From Squalus acanthias (Eukaryota): 64,000 bases of DNA. The translations under genes and the position numbers were made by a program. Below, in pieces: positions 48,581 to 59,740 of this stretch. The notes below the pieces were generated by a model. It did not search any database. It saw only the letters and a program-made list of their open reading frames with translations, and was not told the DNA's origin. Where the stretch lies: contig CM059432.1 in the NCBI GenBank assembly GCA_030390025.1, positions 95,296,001 to 95,360,000 of the forward strand. Reading direction: 5' to 3'. Within the stretch, counting starts at the first letter, position 1, and each line of letters opens with the position of its first letter.

Positions 48581-51373
48581 GTTACCACTTCCTTAATAAT
48601 GGATTCCAGCATTTTCCAGATGACTGATAGGCTAACTGGCCTGTAGTTCCCTGTTTTCTCTCTCCCTCCTTTCTTGAATAGCGGGGTTACATTTGCTGCC
48701 TTTCAATCCGTTGGGACCGTTCTAGAATCTAGGGAATTTTGGAAGATCACAACCAAAGCATCCACTATCTCTGCAGCCATCTCTTTTAGAACCCTAGGAT
48801 GTAGGCCATCAGGTCCAGGGGATTTGTCAGCTTTTAGTCCCATTAGTTTCTTAAGTACTTTTTCTCTACTGATCTTAATTAATTTAAGTTTCTAACTCTT
48901 ATTAACCCTTGTTACCCCACTATTTTTGGTATGCTTTTTATGTCTTCTACTGTGAAGACAGACACAAAATATTTTTTTAAAAAGCCTAAGCCATTTCCTT
49001 ATTCCCCATTATAATTTCACCGGTCTCAGCCTCTAAGGGACCAATGCTTAGTTTTGCTACTCTCTTCCTTTTTACATACTTGTAGAAGCTCTTACAATCT
49101 GTTTTTATATTTCTTGCTAGTTTACTCTCATTCTATTTTCTCCCTTTTTATCAATTTTTTTGGTCATCCTTTGCTGGTCTCTAAAGCTTTCCCAATCCTC
49201 AGGCTTACTACTATTATTTGCAACATTATAAGCCTCTTCTTTTAATCTAATATTATCCTTAACTTCTTTAGTTAGCCACGGAGGGATCACTTTTCCTGTG
49301 GAATTTTTATTTCTCAATGGAATGTATATTCGTTGTGATTTTTGGAATATTTCTTTAAATGTTTGCCACTGCTTATCTACCATCATACCTTTTAATCTAA
49401 TTTCCCAGTCTACCTTAGTCAACTCACCCCTCATATCTATGTAATTGGCTTCATTTAAGTTGAAGATTCTCATTTCGGACTTAAGTATTTCCCTCTCAAA
49501 TTCAATGTGTAATTCTTCATATTATGATCACTCTTCCCTAGAGGATCCTTTACTATGAGATTACTAATTAACCCTGTCTCATTACACAATACAAGATTTA
49601 AAATAACCTGTTCCCTGGTTGGTTCCATGATGTATTGCTCTAGGAATCTTGTCTTGAATGCATTCCATGAACTTGTCCTCCAGACTACCTTTGCCAATTT
49701 GATTTGCCCAGTCTATATGAAGATTAAAGTCTCCACGATTATTGTATTACCTTTGTTACAAGCTTGTATTATTTGTTGATTAATACTCTGTTCAACTGCA
49801 GAGCTACTGTTTGGGGGCCTATAAACTAATCCCACCAATGTTTTCTGCCCCATGTTATTTCTTATCTCCACCCATACTGATTCTACTTCCTGATCTTCTG
49901 AGCCAAAATCCTTTCTCACTACTGTCCTTATGTCATCCTTTATTATCAGGGCACCCCCCCACCCCCTTTTCCATTCTGCCTGTCTTTCCAAAATGTCAGT
50001 ACCCTGGAATATTTAGTTCCCAATCTTCGTCACTTTGCAACCATGACTCTGTAATGGCTGTTAGATCAACGCCATTTATCTCTATTTGTGCCACTAAATT
50101 GTCTATCTTATTATGACTGCTTCATGCATTCAGATAAAGAGCCTTTAATTTGAACCTTTTACCATTATTCCCTGCTTTCACCTCATTTGCTGATGCACTA
50201 TTACCATTAAACTCTCTGTCCCTTCCTGTCACACTCTGCTTATCTTTACCCAAATCGCTACACTGCTCTATTGCCTCGACCTTTCTCTTTAGATTTCTCA
50301 ATTGCCCCTCACCTGACCCCTCGCCCCCTTTTTAGTTTAAAGCCCTATCTACTGCTCTAGGTATTTGATTCGCCAGGACTCTGGTCTCAGACCTGTCCCA
50401 ACAGAACAGCTCCCGCTTTCCCCAGTACTTGTGCCAGTGCCCCATGAATCGAAACCCCTTCCTCCCAAACGACTCGTTGAGCCACACATTTAACTCTCTG
50501 ATCTGCTTGCCAATTTGCGTGTGGCTCAGGTAACAATCCAGAGATTATTACCTTGGAGGTTCTGCATTTTAATTTGGACCCTAGCTCCTCAAACGCTCTA
50601 GCAGAACCTCATTCCTTGTTCTCCCTATGTCGTTGGTTCCTACGTGGACCACGACAACTGGAGCCGCCCCATCCCACTCCAAATTCTTCTCCAGCCGTGA
50701 GGAGATATCCTTAACCCTGGCACCGAGCAGGCAACACAGCCTTCGGAACTCCCGGTCACAGCTCCTGATTATAGTGTCCCCTGCCACTACAACATTCCTT
50801 TTCAATCCCCCCACTTGAATGGTCTCCTGTACCATGGTGCTGTGGTCAGTTTGCTCATCCACCCTGCAGACTTTGCTCTCATCCACACAGGCAGCAAGAA
50901 ACTCAAACCTGTTGGATAAGGGCAAAGGCTGAGGCTTCTCCAGCACTGCACCTGGGGTCCCCTTACCTGCCTGAGTTGCAGTCACACTCTCCTGTCCCTG
51001 GCCACTGTACCACTACCTAACCACGTGCAAATTGGCATAGGGACAAGCAGATCAGATCAGACTGACTCCTGGTTCAACGTGTCCAGATAACTCTCCCCCT
51101 CCCTAATGCTCCGTAATGCCTGCACCTCGGAATCCATCTCATCAACTCTGAGCTGAAGTTCCTCGAGATACTTACAGCAGACGTGGTTGTCCAGGATCAT
51201 GATGTTCTCCACAAACTCCCATATGCTGCAGTTGCGGCACACCACCTGCACTGCCATCCCTGTATAATCTTGTTTTAGTTATTAATTAATTAAAGTTTAT
51301 GTATTTAATTAACTTAGCTGAAAGTTTAGTTTTTAACTAATTACTAGATCTAGTTTAAGTTTTAGGTTGATTA

Positions 51374-53025
51374 TCGGCCTCCTCCTGAGGTCCCCACCAT
51401 CACAGAAGCCAGTCTTCAGCCAATTCGATTCACTCCACGTGATATCAAGAAATGACTGAGCACACTGGATACATCAAAGGTTATGAGCCCCGACAACATC
51501 CTGGCTGTCGTGCTGAAGACTTGTGCTCCAGAACCAGCCGCGCCTCTAACCAAGCTGTTCCAGTACAGCTATAACACTGGCATCTATCCGACAATGTGGA
51601 AAACTGCCCAGGTATGTCCTGTCCACAAAAAGCAGAACAAATCCAATCTGGCCAATTACTGCCCCATCAGTCTACTCTCAATCATCAGCAAAGTGATGGA
51701 AGGTGTCATCGACAGTGTTATCAAGTGGCACTTACTCACCAATAACCTGCTCACTGATGCCCAGTTTGGTTCCGCCAAGACCACTCAGCTCCTGACCTCA
51801 TTACAGCCTTGGTCCAAACATGGACAAAGGAGCTGAATTCCAGAGGTGAGGTGAGAGTGACTGCGCTTGACATCAAGGCAGCATTTGACCGAGTGTGGCA
51901 TCAAGGAGCCCTAGTAAAACTGAAGTCAATGTGAATATGGGGGAAAACTCCACTGGCTGGAGTCATACCTAGCACAAAGGAAGATGGTTGTGGTGATTGA
52001 AGGTCAATCATCACAGCCCCAGGACATCGCTGCAGGAGTTCCTCAGGGCAGTGTCCTAGGCCCAACCATCTTCAGGTGATTCATCAATGACCTTCCCTCC
52101 AACATAAGGTCAGAAATGGGGATGTTTGCTGATGACTGCACAGTGTTCAGTGCCATTCACAACTACTCAGATAATGAAGCAGTCCATGCCCGCATGCAAC
52201 AAGACCTGGACGATGTTAAGGCTTGGGCTGATAAGTGGCAGATAACATTCGCGCCACACAAGTGCCAGGCAATGACTATCTCCAACAAACGAGAGTTAAC
52301 CCCTGCCCCTTGACATTCAATAGCATTACCATCACCGAATCCCCCACCATCAACCTCTTGGGGGTCACCATTGACCAGAAACTTAATTGGACCAACCACA
52401 TAAAAACTGTGGCAACAAGAGCAGGTCAGAGGCTAGGTATTCTGCGGAGAATGTCTCACTTGACTCCTCAAAGTTTTTCCACCAACTACAAGGCACAAGT
52501 AAGGAGTGTGATGGAATACTCTCCACTTGCCTGGATGAGTGCAGCTCCAACAACACTCAAGAAGCTTGACACCATCCAAGACAAAGCAGCCCGCTTGATT
52601 GGCATCCCATCCACCACCTTAAACATTCACTCCCTCCACCACTGGCGTACCGTGGCTGCAGTGTGTACTATCTACAAGATGCACTGCAGCAACTCACCAA
52701 GGCTTCTTCGGCAGCACCTCCCAAACCCGCGACCTCTTCCACCTAGAAGGACAAGGGCAGCAGGCGCATGGGAACACCAGCACCTCCAAGTTCCCCTCCA
52801 AGTCACACACCATCCTGACTTAGAAGTATATCGCCGATCCTTCATCGTCGCTGGGTCAAAATCCTGGAACTCCCTACCTAACAGCACTGTGGGAGTACCT
52901 TCACCACATGGACTGCAGCGGTTCAAGAAGACGGCTCACCACCACCTTCTCAAGGGCAATTAGGGATGGGCAATAAATGCTGGCCTTGCCAGCGACGCCC
53001 ACATCCCATTAATGAATTTTAAAAA
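51374..53025 (+). mobile_element. 5'-truncated LINE family B (CR1 group) with RT domain
   Basis: [56 protein letters not shown]. 3' UTR contains AATAAA. Confidence 0.9.
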
Positions 53026-53504
53026 ATTAAATATTTACCTGTAACACAAAGCACTCAAGTATTTGAGGCAAAACACAACACCTCCTTCCCCCTCTGCTCC
53101 GAATTCCCAATCTCTCCAAATTCCCAACTTGAATACACTGTTTTGAAGCATTCAGTGCAGACCACTGAGGGGTGAAGGGAGTGACTTAGAGAGGGGGAGG
53201 CAGCAATTGGGAGTGGGGGCGAGTTGTGGCTGGCAGCAGCCCATGGTTTTAATGTGGAACCAGGAGGAGCACTCCTGCCCTTCCTAGCTCCATATTCAGG
53301 GCATCAAACAGGCGTTTGGCCCCTTATTTGCATATGTAAAGAACCTAAAACCTGTTTCAGGCGCAGACCTTGGATGTCTCCTTTGACGCCTATATCAATA
53401 TGATGGGCGGCGCATGTCCAGCTCAGAATATGCGTGTGCATGCTGCCCGCCATATTGGACTCTTTTACGCCTGTAAAATAGGCAGAGCGTCATCGAATTT
53501 CTAG

Positions 53505-54330
53505 GCCCATGTTTCAATCTGTACAATCAGGTTTCAACCCCGGCTATATCACTGAAACAGCCCTAACCAAAGTCACAAATGATGCCGTCTGTGACAGTGA
53601 CCATGATGCATTATACCTCCTCATCCTCTTCGACCTCTCTGCTGCCGTGACATGGTTGACCATAATATTTTCCTCCAATGCATTTTCTCCATTGTCCAGT
53701 TCAATGGGATTGCTCTCATTTGGTTGCACTCTTCCCTATCCGATCGTAGCCAGAGCATCCCCAGCAATGGCTTCTCTTCCTGCCCCTGCTAAAGCCCTCA
53801 TCCATGCCTTTGTCATCTCCAGACTCATTTATTCAAATGCTCCACGGCAAGCCTCCCATTCCCCACCCTTCATAAACTGCAGTTTATCCAAAACTCTGCT
53901 GCTTGGATCCTGTCCCATCCTGCTCTCCCATCAGCACTGTCCTTGCTTTCCTACATTTGTTCCCAGTCCCCCAGTATCTCAAGTTTAAAATTCTCATCCT
54001 CATGTTTAAATTTCTTTAATGGCCTTGTCCCTCCCTATTTCTGTAACTTCCTCCAGCTCTACAACCCCCACCCCAAACTCTCCATTCCTCTGATGTTTGT
54101 GCATCCCCCCTCCCTTCGCCCCACCATTAGCAGCCATGTCGTTAGCTGTCTGGGGCACACTCTGGAATTCCTTTCCACATTCCACCTCCCTCTTCTTCTT
54201 TAAGACCTTTCTTAAAACCCACATCTTTCACCAAGCTTTTGGTCACCCTTCCTAATATCTCTTTCTTTGGCTTGGCATCTATTTTAGTCTGATTATGCCT
54301 TGGATTGTTTTTCGACATGAAAGACACTAT
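53505..54330 (+). mobile_element. Deleted L2 LINE fragment
   Basis: QSGFNPGYITETALTKVTND..DLSAA and ALIHAFVISRL. The tail continues after the MITE at 55075-55090. Confidence 0.85.
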
Positions 54331-55074
54331 GGGCCGAAAATTGATCCCGGGACGCGAGAGTACGCACTGCGTACTCTCGCGTATTCCCACTCCAATTGCC
54401 GGTTTTCTGCATGCCCTGCGCATGCGCTGAAAACCGGCAATTGCTCTTCTGAAAAGGGGGCGGGTCCTGGGTGCATCGCGTGCGCGCTACAGGCTGCGCG
54501 CACGCTGTGCACTTCATGCTTTGGACGCGCAGGTAAGTAGGGAAGATTTTGGAAATGTAAAAAGGAGGAGTAAGACCCGCTTTTAAGAAGGTAAGTAGTG
54601 AATTAAGTATTTTTTTGATTTTTTTTTTACAGGTATATCTTTTTTAGAGACTTTAAAGACAGGTAAGTTTATTTTTATAACTTTTTAAAAGATTTTAAAT
54701 TTTTTCAAAAATTTAATTTTTTATTTAAAATGGTTAATTTAATTAACTATACTTATTTTATTAATGTGATGGTTTTTAAAAATTTTTTAATTGAGGTTCA
54801 GCTGTTATTTTGGGGGGGTGTAAGATTCATAGATTTCACAGCAGGTCTGTGAAACTTATGAATGGAAGATGGTGTGCTGCCATTGGCTCTAACTGAGTCA
54901 CGTGATCCCACAGCTCGCACGAATTCACTACGCCGCTGGGAGACGCAAGCCCAGCACAGCTGATGTCTGGAACATCAAGTTCGTGCGAGCTGGATCTGAA
55001 AAAGCACAAGCGAGGTGAGACATCGCGGGGAAGGCTTACCCCCGCGGGAACAGAGCGAGATCAATTTCTGGGCC
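54331..55074. mobile_element. Harbinger-type MITE with internal hairpins
   Basis: TIRs GGGCCGAAAATTGATC / GATCAATTTCTGGGCC; TAT at 54328-54330 and 55075-55077. Confidence 0.88.
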
Positions 55075-55908
55075 TATATAAATGCAAGTTGGTAATGATA
55101 GGGCAGGAGTTGTAGAACTGTTTTTTGCACACACATCACCTTGTTCCACAGATTCCCCCAGCAGGGTAAAGAAACAATAGTATGTTTAACTGGGTGAAAA
55201 CACTTGTGTCTCTTTGAAGACGTTCAGCTCAGTCAGAGCCCAGCTATATACTTTGGGCATCTGCATTTAGCAACAAGCAACTGTACTGTATTATTTCTCT
55301 GCCTTTACCAATCTGTTCTTGGTAGCTCACCTCCTACTTCCCCATTTCCCACTGCCTCTCCTGTGAGTCTACCGAAGTGCTGTGATGCTTCCTTCTGTCA
55401 GTAGCACATTGTGGCTACAGTATGTACTATCTGTAGGATCTATTGCAGGAATTCACCAATCGTAGTTTAATAGCCCCTCCTAGCCCTGTGAGCCACCAAG
55501 AAGAATAAGAGTAGCAAGATCATGAGTACACTATCATCTCCACTTTCCCCTTCAAATCACACACTGTCTTGATATGGACATAGATCATCATCCTTTCATT
55601 GTCACTGGGTCGAAATCCAGGAATTTTCTATCTATTGCCATTGTGGGAGCACCATCACCATCTTCCTACCTTACAAACTACCAACTCCAACCTCCCATTC
55701 CTCTCCAAATCCTTGAACATGCTGTTGCCTCCCAAATCCGTGTCCATCTTTCCTGCAATTCTATGCTTGAACCCGTCCAATCAGGTTTCCGCCCCTGCCA
55801 CAGAACTGAAGCGGCCCGTTTCAAATGCACAAGTTACATTGCATGTGACTGTAACTGTAGTAAACTATCCATCCTCATCCTTCTCGACCTGTCTGCAGCC
55901 TTTGGTAT

Positions 55909-57511
55909 TGTAAGGGGTTCGGTTCGGGGTGCTTGTGCGGGGTTAGGCCTTCGTTGCCTAATACTATTGCTTGCTCTGGTCTCCGGCCAGCCTTGTTGCA
56001 ATAAGCACCTGTGAGTGGTTCGACCCACTCGCCCTTACGGTTCTAACACTGGACTTAGGTGCGAGAGCAGTAATGCAGAGAAAAACTCAAATAGACCCGG
56101 TTGAATAGTACGAAATGGAAATCTTTATTGCATAACGTCCAAAATCATGAAGTACGTGTCATAGGCACAAATTAATGACAGTACAAGTATACATACATTC
56201 ATAAAACTTGGTCTAGGGTAATGAGGAACACACGGCACATCGTAAAAAGGGGAACACATTATATTTATCCTTAATAAAACCACCCTCCCCTATCAATACC
56301 TACACTAATCTAGATTTGTAGGATCGAGGAAACATGCTCACCACTCGTGATACTTCGGAGAATTTTAAACGAGGCACTCGGCTTGTTTTGCTGCAACACC
56401 TGACTGTCACGTGTTGGAAGGGGTCTCTGTACCCCACTTGTTTATCTTCTCTGCTCCGGCTAGCAGGCTGGGCTCCCCGTTGTCATGAAGAAACTCGACA
56501 GTGCTCGGGCCCGGCTGTAGAACTCAAAGAAAAGTCTTTCTGGACCGACACCAGTTAGCCGGTAAAATTCAAAGAAGAGTCTTCCTGTATTGACACCGGT
56601 TGTCGATAGAATGCGAAAGAGAGTCTTCCACTGGTTCGGCAGCAACCTGATAGAGTTCAAAAATGGTCTTTATATTTACGGGCGCGGTCAGGGTTTACTG
56701 ATCGCGGCGGCACGTGGATTCTTCTTCTTCTCTTCTCATCTCGTCTCGTCGGGCCTTCGGGTCCAGAACACCGTTTACCGACCCTCGGGATGGTGCACCC
56801 GGTCACTGGCCTTCGTCGAGGTGACTTGTTCCAAGTTCAAACGAATAAGCCCCGGGAGGATCAGAGGAATAAGAGAGCGATGGACGTTTGTTCACTATAG
56901 TTATAGTGCTGTGTTCCCTTATCTCCCGCCCAAATCTTAATGTTCATCCTTTGTAAAATCTTGGCGTTCAAAATTCCCAGTATGGGGTGATTCTTTCCTT
57001 TAACGGGTTTCAGTAGCACCTTAAACTGGCCAACTATCCGTTAATGTTTTCCCCATTGTTGAACCGGTGAGGAGCCTCCCTGGCGGGGTTTTGGGGGCCT
57101 CCGAATACTTGTGTAAGTACCCGAGAATGGCTCTCTCATTGTAGAGCCGTGGGAAATTTGCGTATTGATGTATCTGGATGGGCCTTCGATTGCCCATTAC
57201 AATGGTCCTTACTTGTGCATGGAAAATGATTCCAGCACTTATATCTTTGCTATTGTGTCGAATGCAGACAGGTTGCATCCTGTCTTTATCAGTGTTTGCT
57301 ACGTATTAACCAATCTTATACTGAAATGTTTATTCGAACGCCATCTTGTCTGCCCACTGAAAATTCTGGAAGCTTCTGCCACGAGGCGCGGCGGCCATTT
57401 TACAGGCTTCTGTGTCCTGTTTAATCATGACAGCATTTCATTGAAATAAAACTGATGAAACGAATCTGCTTTATCTCGTTATTTCGAATCGCGATAATTG
57501 CGAATTTTACA
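55909..57511 (-). mobile_element. Solo LTR (1603 bp) of an LTR retroelement or endogenous retrovirus
   Basis: TGTAA...TTACA termini; GTAT at 55905-55908 and 57512-57515; L2 resumes. Minus-strand TATAAA near 56670 and AATAAA near 56124-56129 suggest the orientation. Confidence 0.8.
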
Positions 57512-58652
57512 GTATAATTGACCATGCCATCCTTCTCCAATGCCTCTTCTCCGTTTTCCAGCTGGGTGGGACTGCCCTCACCTGGTTCCATTCCTATCTA
57601 TCTAGTTGTAGCCAGAGAATCTCCTGCAATGGCTTCTCTTCCCACCCCTGCACTGTTACCTCTGGAATCCCCCAAGTATCTATCCTTGGCCCCCTCCTAT
57701 TTCTCATCTACAAGCTGCTCCTCGATTAACATCATCCAAAAATGCAACATCAGATTCCACATTTATGCTGACGACACCCAGCTCTACCTCACCAACACCT
57801 CTCTCGACTCCTCCACTGTCTCTGATTTGTCACGCTGCTTGCCTGGCATCCAGTATTGGATGAGTGTTTGCAACCATCTTCAGCCAGAAGTGCCGAGTGG
57901 ATGATTCATCTCGGCCTCCTCCTGAGGTCTCAACCATCACAGAAGCCAGTCTTCAGTCAATTTGATTCACTCCACATGATATAAAGAAATGGCTGAGCAC
58001 ACTGGATACAGCAAAGGCTATGGGCCCCGACAACATCCCGGCTGTCAGGCTGAAGACTTGTGCTCCAGAACTAGCCGCGCCTCTAGCCAAGCTGTTCCAG
58101 TACAGCTACAACACTGGCATCTACCCGACAATGTGGAAAATTGCCCAGGTATGCCCTGTCCACAAAAAGCAGGACAAATCCGAGCCGGCCAGTTACTGCC
58201 GCATCAGTCTACTCTCAATCATCAGCAAAGTGATGGAAGGTGTCATCGACAGTGCTATCAAGCAGCACTGACTCAGCAATAACCTGCTCACCAATGCTCA
58301 GTTTGGGTTCCGCCAGGACCACTCGGCTCCAGACCTGGACAAAAGAGGTGCATTCCAGAGGTGAAATGAGAGTGAATGCCCTTGACATCAAGGCAGCATT
58401 TGACCGAGTCTGGCATCAAGGAGCCCTAGTAAAATTGATGTCAGTGGGAATCGGGGGAAAACTCTCCACTGGCTGGAGTCATACCTAGTACAAAGGAAGA
58501 TAGTTGTGGTTGTTGGAGGTCAATCATCTCAGCCCCAGGACATCACTGCAGGAGTTCCTCAGGGCAGTGTCCTAAGCCCAACCATCTTCAGCTGCTTCAT
58601 CAATGACCTTCCCTCCATCATAAGTTCAGAAGTGGGGATGTTCGCTAATGAT

Positions 58653-58970
58653 AACGTCTTTCGGATGAGATGTTAAACCGAGGCCCCGTCTGCTTTCTCA
58701 GGTGGATGTAAAAGATCCCATGGCACTATTTCGAAAAAGAGCAGGGGAGTTATCCCCGGTGTCCTGGCCAATATTTATCCATCAACCAACATAACAAAAA
58801 CAGATTATCTGGTCATTATCACATTGCTGTTTGTGGGACCTTGCTGTGCGCAAATTGGCTGCCGTGTTTCCCACATTACAACAGTGACTCCACTTCAAAT
58901 AGTACTTCATTGGCTGTAAAGCGCTTTGAGACGTCCGGTGTAAAATGTAAGTCTTTCTTTCTTTCTTTCT
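58653..58970 (+). mobile_element. 5'-truncated Deu-domain SINE
   Basis: Matches 5265-5580. ATGAT flanks both ends. Confidence 0.85.
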
Positions 58971-59131
58971 ATGATTGCACAGTGTTCAGTTCCATTCGCA
59001 ACTCCTCAGATAATGAAGCAGTTCATGCCCGTATGCAACAAGAGCTGGACAACATTCAGGCTTGGGCTGATAAGTGGCAAGTAACAGTCACGCCACACAA
59101 GTGCCAGGCAATGACTACCTCCAAAAAGCAA

Positions 59132-59740
59132 GGGGGAAAAATTGGGTCGCGCCCCTTTTGGGGCGCTAACTTTGCCAGGGCGCTACTTTTAGTGCCCCGA
59201 AAAAATGAGCGCCCCGTGCCCAAAATTCACTGGTAGTGCCACAAGAGGGAGGCGGGGCGCTACTGGAAGTGCTCCACCTCCCTCTTGGGGCGCTGCGAGT
59301 GAATATCACGGCGCTACGTGCTGCAGTACTGCAGGCCTTCCTCCCCTTATTAAAGGGGAGGGGACTTGCGCAGCGCAACCCGGGGCCCAGCTAGGCCACC
59401 AGGGATCGCAGTGCCGGCCAAAGAGCCCGGCACTCAAGAGAAGTGCCGAGCTCACGGAGCGCAGCCGGCACCCCATGGGGGGCTGGTCAGGAGGCTGGGG
59501 ACAGCAACGGGGGCAGGTAGGCCCCCCTGACCCTGTCACACATAGCGTCTGGGGGTAAGTCGGGGTGCTACCGAAGATCGTGAGCGGGGCGCTGCGTACG
59601 GCGATGATGTCATCGCCAGCGACGCAGCGCTGCAGGGCGCTAACAGTTACCGCTGCCACTAACCTCCCGCTGAATTTCACGGGAGGCATTGGCGGCGCCG
59701 CGCCCAGGCACTAGTTGCTTTGCGCCCCATTAGCGCCCTC
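59132..59740. mobile_element. Harbinger-type non-autonomous element (GCGCTA-motif family), right end lost
   Basis: Starts GGGGGAAAAATTGGGTCGCGCCCCTTTTGGGGCGCTAA, similar to the 44192 left end. Confidence 0.78.

Larger units (their letters stand above)
42230..51330 (-). mobile_element. Near full-length CR1 LINE (ORF1 zinc finger + SGNH esterase, ORF2 APE-RT) carrying three insertions and a fold-back duplication
   Basis: VVCRNCSIWEF..HVCC (51057-51257), VVAGDTIIR..VHVGTNDIG (50581-50985), VYRPPNS, LGKSDHNM, NFQKAFDKVPH, LVRPHLEYC, DLWNSLP, all in collinear order. Confidence 0.93.

Noticed and set aside
57021..57449. Accessory-gene ORFs in the LTR
   Set aside because: Short (85 and 94 aa) with no recognisable motif, compatible with chance.
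57445..57495. Hammerhead ribozyme at CTGATGA (also about 24926)
   Set aside because: No correctly placed GAAA after the candidate stem II.
51374..57930. Shared 5' truncation point of two LINE-B copies
   Set aside because: The second copy extends about 45 bp further 5' (to about 57865), so the breakpoints differ.
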